Shown piece after piece: positions 27,323-35,504 of a stretch of DNA of 64,000 nt. How positions within the stretch are numbered: the first letter of the stretch is position 1; every line of letters begins with the position of its first letter. Below the pieces are notes generated by a model. It had not been told where the DNA came from, did no database searches, and saw only the letters and a list, made by a program, of their open reading frames with translations. The stretch is from an uncultured Gammaproteobacteria bacterium (GTDB taxonomy: Bacteria; Patescibacteriota; Microgenomatia; Levybacterales; GWA1-39-11), in NCBI GenBank assembly GCA_964504535.1, contig CAZDED010000003.1:6850-70849 (forward strand), in the 5' to 3' direction. Made by a program: the position numbers and the translations under genes.

Positions 27323-28975
27323 CTAGTTTTTTGGACCTCCTTCTTGCGATGGGTCTGGGGGTGTTGGTGCAATGGGAGCAACTGAGGCCGTTGCGTGTTG
27401 AGGAGCAGCAGCCGGTTGTTGGATGGGTGGGGCTACGGATGGAGTTACTACCTGATGAGTAGGCTGTGCTAGTGGCACTTCGGCGAATTGTGGTTGTACT
27501 ATCTCAGCCCCTTTTATAGCCATTGCAAGAAGTGCATCTTTGTTATCCATGACTTTTTTGTTAAAGTCTTTCAGGTCATTTGTGGCAGTTACATCATACA
27601 ATATTTTTTGTCTACCCCTATCGTAAAATGCTGTTATTAAGCCCCTTTTAACGTCTTCGAGATCCTCAACTTTTTCAATCAGATTTTGCAGTATCAGTGA
27701 AATGACTACCAACTGCACAATACGCGGAACAGATTCTTGATACGGCTGGTTAAAGAATTTTTGGATCAGCTCACCGAGTCTCAAGTTCTTCTTCACATCC
27801 TCTGTCAACTCTTGTCCAAAGTGAGATATATTTTGGAGCTTGTCATTTTGAGAAATAAAAGCTGTCAATTCTTTGTTGATTTCTCTGGTCAATTTGTCCA
27901 AAGTCTGACGTCCAACACGAGTAACAGAAAGTGGGATATTAACTGCCGGACGCATGCCCTGAAAATAGATGTTACTATCCAGATAGATGTGCCCATCTGT
28001 AATTCCCATTACATTTGTAGCAATGTAACCGGTAAAGTCACCTTCAACAATTTCTATAACGGGAAGACACGTCAGGCTGACTTCACCTTTCGTTTTATGT
28101 TTGAAATTTCCACCACGCTCGAGTAACCTTGAATGGACATAGAAAATGTCACCGGGATATGAGTCACGACCAGGGAATCTACGTGCAAGCAGGGAAATTT
28201 CGCGATAAAATTTTGCGTGAGAGGAAAGGTCGTCTAATATCAAAAGGGAATCAGTCCCTTGTTCTTTGAAATACTCAGCTATAGTCATCGCAGCATACGG
28301 GGTCTGGTAAATAAGGGTCGGTGAGTCATAAGAGCTTGTCGCGACAATAATAATCTTATCCATTATCTTTTCCTCAATAAAATATTGCTGAAGTTTTTTG
28401 ATATCACTTTTCTTTTTAGCAATAGCAGCATAAATCACAGTATTTCCTTCAAAAATTTGAGTCTTTATGATATTCATGATAAGAGATGTTTTTCCTGTCT
28501 TTCTATCCCCGATAAGAAGCTCACGTTGCCCACGCCCAAGTGGGATCATAAGATCCAAAAGTGCAACACCGGTCACCAGTTGCTTTGTGATCTTTTGCCT
28601 TCCAGAAATTCCAACGGGCTTTGCTTCAATGTCTCGCATTGTTGTGGGAGGAGTGAAAGGAATACTGGGATCCAAAGGCTCGCCTAATGGATTAATGGCA
28701 TGTCCCAAAAGTTCAGGTCCAACAGGGACAGAAAGTAGGGTGTCAGTTCTTGTAACCATGGTTCCAACTCTGACAGGCTCATGTGAAAAAACACGAGCCT
28801 CAACTTTGCCTCTATTGATAGCAAATACTTCAGCTTTCTGACCGGTCTCAAAAAGTATAACTTCGTGTGTTCTTACCTTTGGCAACCCTTCTATAAATGC
28901 GATAGGATGACTGACCTGATAGACAACACCGTATTCCCCTGATTTTTGTAAAAGTTCGTTGAATTGAGCGTTCAT
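27323..28975 (-). CDS. atpA: F1 ATPase alpha subunit (divergent, Pro/Gln/Ala-rich C-terminal tail)
   Basis: GRGQRELLIGDRKTGKT, LILDDLSSHA, PGRDSYPGDIFYVHSRLLER, ITDGHIYL, arginine finger SVTRVG. Confidence 0.95.
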   Translation of the reverse strand: MNAQFNELLQKSGEYGVVYQVSHPIAFIEGLPKVRTHEVILFETGQKAEVFAINRGKVEARVFSHEPVRVGTMVTRTDTLLSVPVGPELLGHAINPLGEPLDPSIPFTPPTTMRDIEAKPVGISGRQKITKQLVTGVALLDLMIPLGRGQRELLIGDRKTGKTSLIMNIIKTQIFEGNTVIYAAIAKKKSDIKKLQQYFIEEKIMDKIIIVATSSYDSPTLIYQTPYAAMTIAEYFKEQGTDSLLILDDLSSHAKFYREISLLARRFPGRDSYPGDIFYVHSRLLERGGNFKHKTKGEVSLTCLPVIEIVEGDFTGYIATNVMGITDGHIYLDSNIYFQGMRPAVNIPLSVTRVGRQTLDKLTREINKELTAFISQNDKLQNISHFGQELTEDVKKNLRLGELIQKFFNQPYQESVPRIVQLVVISLILQNLIEKVEDLEDVKRGLITAFYDRGRQKILYDVTATNDLKDFNKKVMDNKDALLAMAIKGAEIVQPQFAEVPLAQPTHQVVTPSVAPPIQQPAAAPQHATASVAPIAPTPPDPSQEGGPKN

Positions 28976-29478
28976 TATTGTTGTTTTGGTGGTAGTGTCA
29001 CCATGCCTGATGACACAAGCATTTCGCTAGTGACTTTGGTTAAAGTTGGTCGTATAGAAAAATCCAGATATTTACCACCAGATTTGATAGCAGCTCCAGC
29101 AACAAGTGACTTATCCACACTCACATCAAAAAGTACCTGCTTGTTAACATTGATAACAAACCATCTTGAAAATGCCTGAAGCGTCTCCTCCTTAGGCTCA
29201 AATGCAAGAATCAGAGAAATAATAGGAAGGCTTGTGATTTTTACTTGGATCTTTTCTATAAAATCTTTGATGGCTAGTCGAGACTCTGGATTTACATTGT
29301 TGTTGCGAAGAAGGGTCATGAAAGCATCTTTTTTCTTGATACCAAAATTATCCAGAAGTGCGGCCTCAGGATTGAATTGAGTCGCAAATATTTTTGAGGA
29401 AATAACAGTTAGACGATTTGCAAAATCTTCAGCCTGTGCTTTTGTGTTAAATAAATCTGATAGGTCAAGTGTATCCAT
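28975..29478 (-). CDS. atpH: F-type ATPase delta/OSCP-like subunit
   Basis: C-terminal VDKSLVAGAAIKSGGKYLDFSI matches delta (VDPSLIGGxxIxxGxxxxDxSI); lies between b and alpha; start taken at ATG 29478 just after the atpF stop. Confidence 0.75.
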   Translation of the reverse strand: MDTLDLSDLFNTKAQAEDFANRLTVISSKIFATQFNPEAALLDNFGIKKKDAFMTLLRNNNVNPESRLAIKDFIEKIQVKITSLPIISLILAFEPKEETLQAFSRWFVINVNKQVLFDVSVDKSLVAGAAIKSGGKYLDFSIRPTLTKVTSEMLVSSGMVTLPPKQQ

Positions 29479-29479
29479 A

Positions 29480-30214
29480 TTAGTCAAATAATCCGTCTTT
29501 TTTGGCTCTTTCAAGCGACTTTATAACCAAATTTTGATGATCCTCTAAAGATAGTGACTTGTTGAGGATCTCTTGTGCCACTTTTTGTACAATCCCATTA
29601 CTTGCTTGCTCAATCCTATGCATCTTTGCGGTCTTATAAGTCTCAATTTCTTTTTCAAGATTGGTCAGTAACGTCTGTCTAAAGTCTCGTATCTGCTGCT
29701 GCAGTGCAAGCTCCAGTTCACTGGTAACATTTTGAAACCCGCTCAGTGACAGTGTCGTTATTTGCTTCAAAGAGGCTTGGTAGCTTGCAGTAAAAGCGTT
29801 TCCGGTGTTATATGCTTCTTTATGAACATCAATTACTATCTTTTGTAGGGCAGTCTCAAGAGACATTTTTGAGCTAGAACTCACATTGCCAACGTCAACT
29901 ACCATCCGCTCCAGAGCATTGTCCAATGATGCCTTTGATGTCTGGCTGATGTACTGAGCACCTGCAAGCACCTGGTTGGCCTGATGGGTCGCAATCTGCA
30001 TGATCTGATTGGACTGATTGACTGCGTTATCAAGTATCTGACGCTCACGAGCCATCCCATTGCCGACGATCTCGCTATAGTCAGACTCAAGCTTATTCTC
30101 ACGCTTGTCGATGTTTTTTTCTTTATTTCTTACTCCAAGCAGGTAAAAAACAACAAAAACAACGATTACCAGGTCAAACACGACACTAATAACCTGGAAG
30201 AGCAGGTTGGGCAT
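29480..30214 (-). CDS. atpF: F-type ATPase b-like peripheral stalk subunit, elongated (about 244 aa)
   Basis: One N-terminal TM helix, long coiled coil, C-terminal VAQEILNKSLSLEDHQNLV typical of subunit b; first gene of the cluster. Alternative start at 30220. Confidence 0.7.
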   Translation of the reverse strand: MPNLLFQVISVVFDLVIVVFVVFYLLGVRNKEKNIDKRENKLESDYSEIVGNGMARERQILDNAVNQSNQIMQIATHQANQVLAGAQYISQTSKASLDNALERMVVDVGNVSSSSKMSLETALQKIVIDVHKEAYNTGNAFTASYQASLKQITTLSLSGFQNVTSELELALQQQIRDFRQTLLTNLEKEIETYKTAKMHRIEQASNGIVQKVAQEILNKSLSLEDHQNLVIKSLERAKKDGLFD

Positions 30215-30366
30215 ATACATCCATAGTACGGTAAAACGTGAATTTTGTGAAGATGTCAGTATATATAACTGAAGATAGAAGTGGATTTTGAGGTCATTAG
30301 GCCTATAACTTTTCGCGCCCTACAAACCCCACAGACCTATAGGTTGCATGCTGTATAATTACTGTT

Positions 30367-30908
30367 ATGCAAGCAGAAGTAAAAGTCATTCATCTCTTAG
30401 GACCTATGGGGGGAGGGAAGGGTACTGTTGCTCAATTTTTAAAGCATGTGTACGGATTTACTGTATTCAATCTTTCACAAATAGTAAAAGAAGCGACTAT
30501 AGAGAAAGGATTGGATCTTAATCGAGACAACATGAATTCAGTGTATGATGAACTCAAAAGTACTTTTGGAAACAATATTGTAGCAAGAAAATAGTAGAAA
30601 AGGCTGGGGACACTGAAAAAATCGTTTTTGATGGCTCTCGAGACGTAGAGGAGGCAAAATATATGCGAGAAAAGTTTCCAAATATTTTATCTCTCTATAT
30701 CGACGCTGAAAGAGAAATCAGAATGCAAAGAATTCTTACAAGACAACGCGATATTGATAGTGGAGACCTTGAAAAATTGTTTGAAAAAGACAATGAATAT
30801 GTACTTTCAAGCAAAGATGTTGAAGGGGTAATTGTGATACCAAATAATGAATCAAAAGAAGAGCTTTATTCTAAAATTCGAAACTTTTTTACTAACAATC
30901 AGTTATAA
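30367..30908 (+). pseudogene. P-loop nucleoside-monophosphate/dephospho-CoA-kinase-like protein split by a 1-nt frameshift
   Basis: GPMGGGKGT P-loop in ORF 30367-30594. Adding one A in AGAAAATAG (about 30587-30594) continues as IVEKAGDTEKIVFDGSRDVEEAKYMREKFP into ORF 30663-30908. Confidence 0.7.
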
Positions 30909-30937
30909 TTTCTTACACATGAAAGGGGGTGAACTAC

Positions 30938-31354
30938 ATGACAAAACTTAATCCTTATATAAATTTCAAAGATAACACACGAGAGGCTATGGAATTCTAC
31001 AAATCAGTATTTGGTGGAGAGCTCACCATGAGCACTTTTAAAGAAGGTATGGGTCAAGACGGACCAGAGGCAGATCTGATAATGCATGCCATGCTTATCG
31101 TCGGACCTGAAATGACACTTATGGCATCTGACACTCCATCTCATATGGAATACAAACCAGCTGCTGGAATCGGGATGTCTTTGAGTGGTGAAAGTTCTGA
31201 TGAAGAACAACTTACCAGTTATTGGAACAAACTGTCAGTTGGTGGAACACCATTCATGCCACTTGGAAAAGCTCCATGGGGAGATACATTTGGAATGTTG
31301 ACAGACAAATTCGGTATCAACTGGATGGTAAATATTGCAGGCAAGAAAGAATAA
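30938..31354 (+). CDS. VOC/PhnB-family (glyoxalase-like) protein
   Basis: LNPYINF..NTREAMEFYKSVFG, IMHAML, LMASD, PWGDTFGMLTDKFGINWMVN; GGGGGTG RBS before ATG 30938. Confidence 0.88.
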   Translation: MTKLNPYINFKDNTREAMEFYKSVFGGELTMSTFKEGMGQDGPEADLIMHAMLIVGPEMTLMASDTPSHMEYKPAAGIGMSLSGESSDEEQLTSYWNKLSVGGTPFMPLGKAPWGDTFGMLTDKFGINWMVNIAGKKE

Positions 31355-31374
31355 AATTTCTTGATTTTGTAACT

Positions 31375-31403
31375 AAAAAAGCTCACGTACTGTGAGCTTT
31401 TTT
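31375..31403. terminator. Bidirectional intrinsic terminator
   Basis: AAAAAA-GCTCAC-gtact-GTGAGC-TTTTTT between convergent genes. Confidence 0.85.
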
Positions 31404-31414
31404 GATGAGAAGCG

Positions 31415-32527
31415 TTACTTCTTTACATGCTTTTTCATGCTTACTACATAAGCCGTCAAAAGAGTAGTTATAGGAACGGCTAAAATTAATCCAATACTCG
31501 AAACAAGGGTTCTGATAATCTCTTCAGCAATCACTTCATGGTTGATGACTTGTCCAAAAGGTCTAGAACTATTTACAAAAAGTAAAAGTAATGGCATTGC
31601 AGCCCCTGTATATACCAGGACAAGCGTATTTACGACTGAGGCTATATGATCCCTTCCAACATCCATTGCATGTAGATACAAATCCTTAAATCCAAGAGTG
31701 GGGGATAGCTTCTTTAGCTGATATACAACCGCGGCTTGAGATACAGTAATATCATCCAAAATTCCCAGTACACTTACAATAATACCTGCCAAAAGCAGCC
31801 CTTTAATATTTATCTGTCCGTTCATTTCATTTTGTAAAAACCCAGCCTCTTCAGAAGCAAAACCGGTAAGGCGTGCTGCTTCAACAAAAACATTGGCAAG
31901 TATTCCAGTTAATACTAAGGCAATAAAAGTACCAATAATTGCGGAAGTTGTTTTTCTATTGATTCCATGCGATAGATAAAAGGTAACAGGTATGATAGCA
32001 ATTGACGCAATAACAGCTATCAAAATTGGGTCACGTCCTTGCGATATCTGCGGAAGAATAAAAGAAAAAATTATCAGGAAAGAAAATGCCATTCCAACAA
32101 GGGCAAGAATGCCTCTTTTTAGTCCTATCACAACAGCAACAACAAGAAAGAAAAAGAAAAGTAGGTAAAGGGAGTCACGCCTGATGTAGTCCTGGATAAA
32201 GTATTTGTCATTACCTTCAAAGTCTTTCGTTGCTGTAACTATCACTTTGTCTCCCGCTTTATATTCAGGTACATTTACACGTTGAATGTCACCGTTTTCA
32301 ACCGTTATATTTTTACCTTTTATCGATCCGTCAGTAACAATAAGCTGCAGGGTTTGATGAAGTTGTTCACGGCCATCTACATCTATTGTTTTTCCCTCCG
32401 CAACATCGGTTACCGTAGCCTCAATTGTTTCATTTTTTGGGGGTGGTGGACCTTGAGAATAAGTTGTGGAAGGAAAGATAAATAAAAAGGAAAAGGTGGC
32501 AATAAGCAACCATATTTTCAATTTCAT
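31415..32527 (-). CDS. YibE/F-family polytopic membrane protein
   Basis: Signal/extracytoplasmic N-terminus then many TM helices; LGILDDITVSQA, VGRDHIASVVNTLVLVYTG, EEIIRTLVSSIGLILAVPITT are YibE/F-like motifs. Start set at ATG 32527. Confidence 0.85.
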   Translation of the reverse strand: MKLKIWLLIATFSFLFIFPSTTYSQGPPPPKNETIEATVTDVAEGKTIDVDGREQLHQTLQLIVTDGSIKGKNITVENGDIQRVNVPEYKAGDKVIVTATKDFEGNDKYFIQDYIRRDSLYLLFFFFLVVAVVIGLKRGILALVGMAFSFLIIFSFILPQISQGRDPILIAVIASIAIIPVTFYLSHGINRKTTSAIIGTFIALVLTGILANVFVEAARLTGFASEEAGFLQNEMNGQINIKGLLLAGIIVSVLGILDDITVSQAAVVYQLKKLSPTLGFKDLYLHAMDVGRDHIASVVNTLVLVYTGAAMPLLLLFVNSSRPFGQVINHEVIAEEIIRTLVSSIGLILAVPITTLLTAYVVSMKKHVKK

Positions 32528-32679
32528 ACTCTCCATTTTACCATTATGAAAGAGGGGGGGGTGGAATGAGATTTCTGTCTTCCAAAAAATTCTAATTTTG
32601 TTTAGCCAATTTACTACAGTGTAGTGTAGCGATATAAGAATTTTTTTGTTCTTTTGCCGACACAAAAGAACAAGACAAT

Positions 32680-33510
32680 TTATAGTCTTAATATCAAAAA
32701 TGCTACACCAAGACCTGCAAGGGCAATTGCGGCAACTATGGTGACATTGAAAATAATGCCAAGATGAATGATGCGACTTGCTGCTGGATTGCGACCCAAT
32801 GCCTCAACCCCCTTTGCTGCAGCCCTTCCAAAACTCAAAAATCCTAAGACCATCGACCCCAACACTACAATTGCAGCCATAATATATTTGAAGATTGCGG
32901 AAGGTCCTTCTTTTGTGGGAGTCAGCACTAATTTAAAAACATCTGAAAGAGTGCCCGGAAAAGTCGGCTTGGAATTGAAATAGTGAAGGTCTAGACTTAT
33001 CGCTATTTTGTCAGTCGCTTTTTTATTTGAGTTTGTATAGTCCTCAGCCGCAGTTCCCAACACATACCCCTCCTTAGTCGCTTTGACTGCAACCCCAGGC
33101 ATAGTTGATGATGTGACAAGATCTCCCTTTTTTATGTTCCCCTCGAGGGATGAGACATACACATAGGTTGTTCCTGTCGAAATGACCGGCACACCATTTG
33201 TGATGTTTGTCGTATTTATGATAATAGCCGCATCCCGTGCCACAACCCCAAGGACCTGAGAATCGTATGGTATAACTGATGCCACAGCTCCTTTAGATCC
33301 AGCGGAAAGAACAACTCCATCCTTCACATTCTTATCTTTAACATCAACCATATGCGCAACTCCAAGTGTTGCACCTGTGTCAGTCGTTGCGTTAACGGCA
33401 GGGGTTGCTGTTTGGGCGTAGGAAACAGGAATAAAGAGGAAAGAATTAAGAATTAACGATAGGAAATAGAGGATAAGGGAAAAAATAAGTTTAGAAACGA
33501 AGAAACGCAT
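32680..33510 (-). CDS. Secreted domain fused to a C-terminal ATP-synthase subunit-c-like helical hairpin lacking the ion-binding Glu
   Basis: N-terminal signal peptide (...PVSYAQ), about 170-aa soluble domain, then TM-GRAAAKGVEALGRNPAA-TM, which aligns to the AtpE loop (AxKAVEAIARQPEA). Confidence 0.7.
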   Translation of the reverse strand: MRFFVSKLIFSLILYFLSLILNSFLFIPVSYAQTATPAVNATTDTGATLGVAHMVDVKDKNVKDGVVLSAGSKGAVASVIPYDSQVLGVVARDAAIIINTTNITNGVPVISTGTTYVYVSSLEGNIKKGDLVTSSTMPGVAVKATKEGYVLGTAAEDYTNSNKKATDKIAISLDLHYFNSKPTFPGTLSDVFKLVLTPTKEGPSAIFKYIMAAIVVLGSMVLGFLSFGRAAAKGVEALGRNPAASRIIHLGIIFNVTIVAAIALAGLGVAFLILRL

Positions 33511-33529
33511 ATATTTATTTTAGCATTTA

Positions 33530-34549
33530 TTAAGTGCCTTTAAGAACTCCCAGCAGACTATCAAGAGGGATCGTCGCAACGCCTATCACTGAATCGGCTC
33601 CACCATAATAAAGATAGATAACACCCCCAAGTACTGCCGCTCCACACGAAAATATTACATTGGGTACTTGTCCTTGCTGCTCATAATCCATCTCTGGCTC
33701 CAAAAGGGGCTTCTCGGTTCTACCAAGTATTTTTTTCGGGTCTTCCAGGTCAAGAAGCATCGCACCTATCTTATACATAAATCCAGGATTACAAACTGCG
33801 TGATATATCAATATCCATCCTTCATCGGTCTCGATGGGTGGACCGGCAATTCCAATTTTTATATTATCCCAGTTGTCAGTTCTTGCTTGAGCCATGATTC
33901 CTCCTGTTAAATATTTAGTTTCGGGAAACTCAAGATCTCGCAAATCATCTAACCATATAACGTTACCCAGTCTATGGAAAGCGAAATACCCATCCCCTTT
34001 GGCTTTTTTTACGATACACGCATCTTTATCATCCACTCCCGGTGGTGAGATGAGTTTCGGACTATCCCAATTCCAGATTTTTGAAGTAAAATCACTTACT
34101 GAAATTGAAGTGAGGGCGACTCGTGGCGGACTTGTTCCATCATACGCAGTATAGGTCATGTAGAAGCGGTTACCGATTTTGGTAATCCGCGGATCTTCAC
34201 ATCCTGAATTCCAGCCCGGTTTTGTGCTCATCTCAAATGACTCACGAGGTACATAGATAGGTTGATCTAAATTCTCCTGTATGGTTACCCCATCAGTTGT
34301 TGAGGCATACCCAAAAACACTCACTCCATCAAGCGCTTGTGCTCTATAGATAAGGTGAATTTTACCTTCATACTGTACGACTGCAGGGTTGTACGTTGCC
34401 CTGGCTTTCCAAGGAAATTGAGAGTTGGGAGTAATGATTGGGCTTCCTTCATACCTTCTAAACTTCTCCTGAAAAATTCCATCCGTTGTTGTTCCTGATT
34501 GAGATGTATTATCATGATTTGAGGAACCAAATCCTAAAAATTCAAACAT
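33530..34549 (-). CDS. GH130-family glycoside phosphorylase/hydrolase (beta-mannoside-type)
   Basis: YNPAV, GCEDPRI, YMTYTAYDG, DDKDA, GQVPNVIFSCG, YYGGADS motifs. Confidence 0.88.
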   Translation of the reverse strand: MFEFLGFGSSNHDNTSQSGTTTDGIFQEKFRRYEGSPIITPNSQFPWKARATYNPAVVQYEGKIHLIYRAQALDGVSVFGYASTTDGVTIQENLDQPIYVPRESFEMSTKPGWNSGCEDPRITKIGNRFYMTYTAYDGTSPPRVALTSISVSDFTSKIWNWDSPKLISPPGVDDKDACIVKKAKGDGYFAFHRLGNVIWLDDLRDLEFPETKYLTGGIMAQARTDNWDNIKIGIAGPPIETDEGWILIYHAVCNPGFMYKIGAMLLDLEDPKKILGRTEKPLLEPEMDYEQQGQVPNVIFSCGAAVLGGVIYLYYGGADSVIGVATIPLDSLLGVLKGT

Positions 34550-34596
34550 ATATCAATAGTAGCACTAATTGACCACCGTGGTAAAATCAGTGACAT

Positions 34597-35043
34597 ATGC
34601 AAAAAAATAAATTTAAGATGATTGTATCCGTCTATTTACTCCTTATGAAAGACGGTAAAATATATCTTCAAAAAAGAAAAGATACCGGGTTTCGGGATGG
34701 ACAATGAATGGGGCCTTATTGCCGGGCATCACGATGGAAACCAAACTCTCAAAGAAGCAATGATACGGGAAGCAAAAGAGGAAGCAAACATCGATATTGC
34801 CCCACAAGATCTTCAGTTCGTACACGCTCTTCATAAAAACGAAAACGACGAGCGTCTTGAAATTTTTTTCAGAACCGAAAAATGGAAAGGGGAAGCCATT
34901 ATTGCTGAACCTCACAAGGCAGAGAGGGCAGAGTGGTTTGCTCCTGATCATCTTCCTGACAGAACCATAGACTACATAGCAGATGTTATAAAAATGTTAC
35001 AAAAAGTGAATATTACAGTGAATACGGATTTGATAAATCATGA
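34597..35043 (+). pseudogene. NUDIX hydrolase with two frameshifts
   Basis: MQKNKFKMIVSVYLLLMKDGKIYLQKRKDTGFRDGQ stops at a 4-nt AATG duplication (CAATGAATGGGG, about 34702-34712). The Nudix box (AGHHDGNQTLKEAMIREAKEE) is in the shifted frame. A second 1-nt loss in an A-run (about 34990) hides the C-terminus IKNVTKSEYYSEYGFDKS, whose TGA overlaps the next ATG. Confidence 0.72.
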
Positions 35044-35504
35044 ATCAGCTTGCAACTCTTTGCTATCTCCAAAAAAATGGGCAGACACTGATGATTTGTC
35101 CTCATAAAAAAAGGGTCACTGAATATAATGGAAAGTGGAACGGACTTGGAGGAAAAGTGCAAAATGGTGAAACGCCTGAGGAATGTGCAATACGTGAAGT
35201 ATACGAAGAGTCGAATTTGAAGGTAAAAAAACTCAAACTTGCCGGCATTCTCACGTTCCCGAAAATTTTTGATGACCAGGATTGGTACTGTTTTGTTTAT
35301 AAAAGTTCTGATTTTTCCGGAACCCTGAAAGAATCTGACGAGGGAAATCTGGAGTGGATAAAAAATACAGAAGTTACAAAAAGAAACATTTGGGAAGGAG
35401 ATCACCTATTCCTTCCGTATCTTTTCTCGGGAAAAAAATTTAACGGAAAATTTTTCTACAAAAATGACAAACTCCTCAAACACACAATTTCTATTATGGA
35501 GTAG
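35040..35504 (+). CDS. NUDIX hydrolase, 8-oxo-dGTP diphosphatase (MutT/MTH1-like)
   Basis: GKWNGLGGKVQNGETPEECAIREVYEESNL Nudix box; ESDEG and IWEGD motifs. Confidence 0.85.
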   Translation: MNQLATLCYLQKNGQTLMICPHKKRVTEYNGKWNGLGGKVQNGETPEECAIREVYEESNLKVKKLKLAGILTFPKIFDDQDWYCFVYKSSDFSGTLKESDEGNLEWIKNTEVTKRNIWEGDHLFLPYLFSGKKFNGKFFYKNDKLLKHTISIME

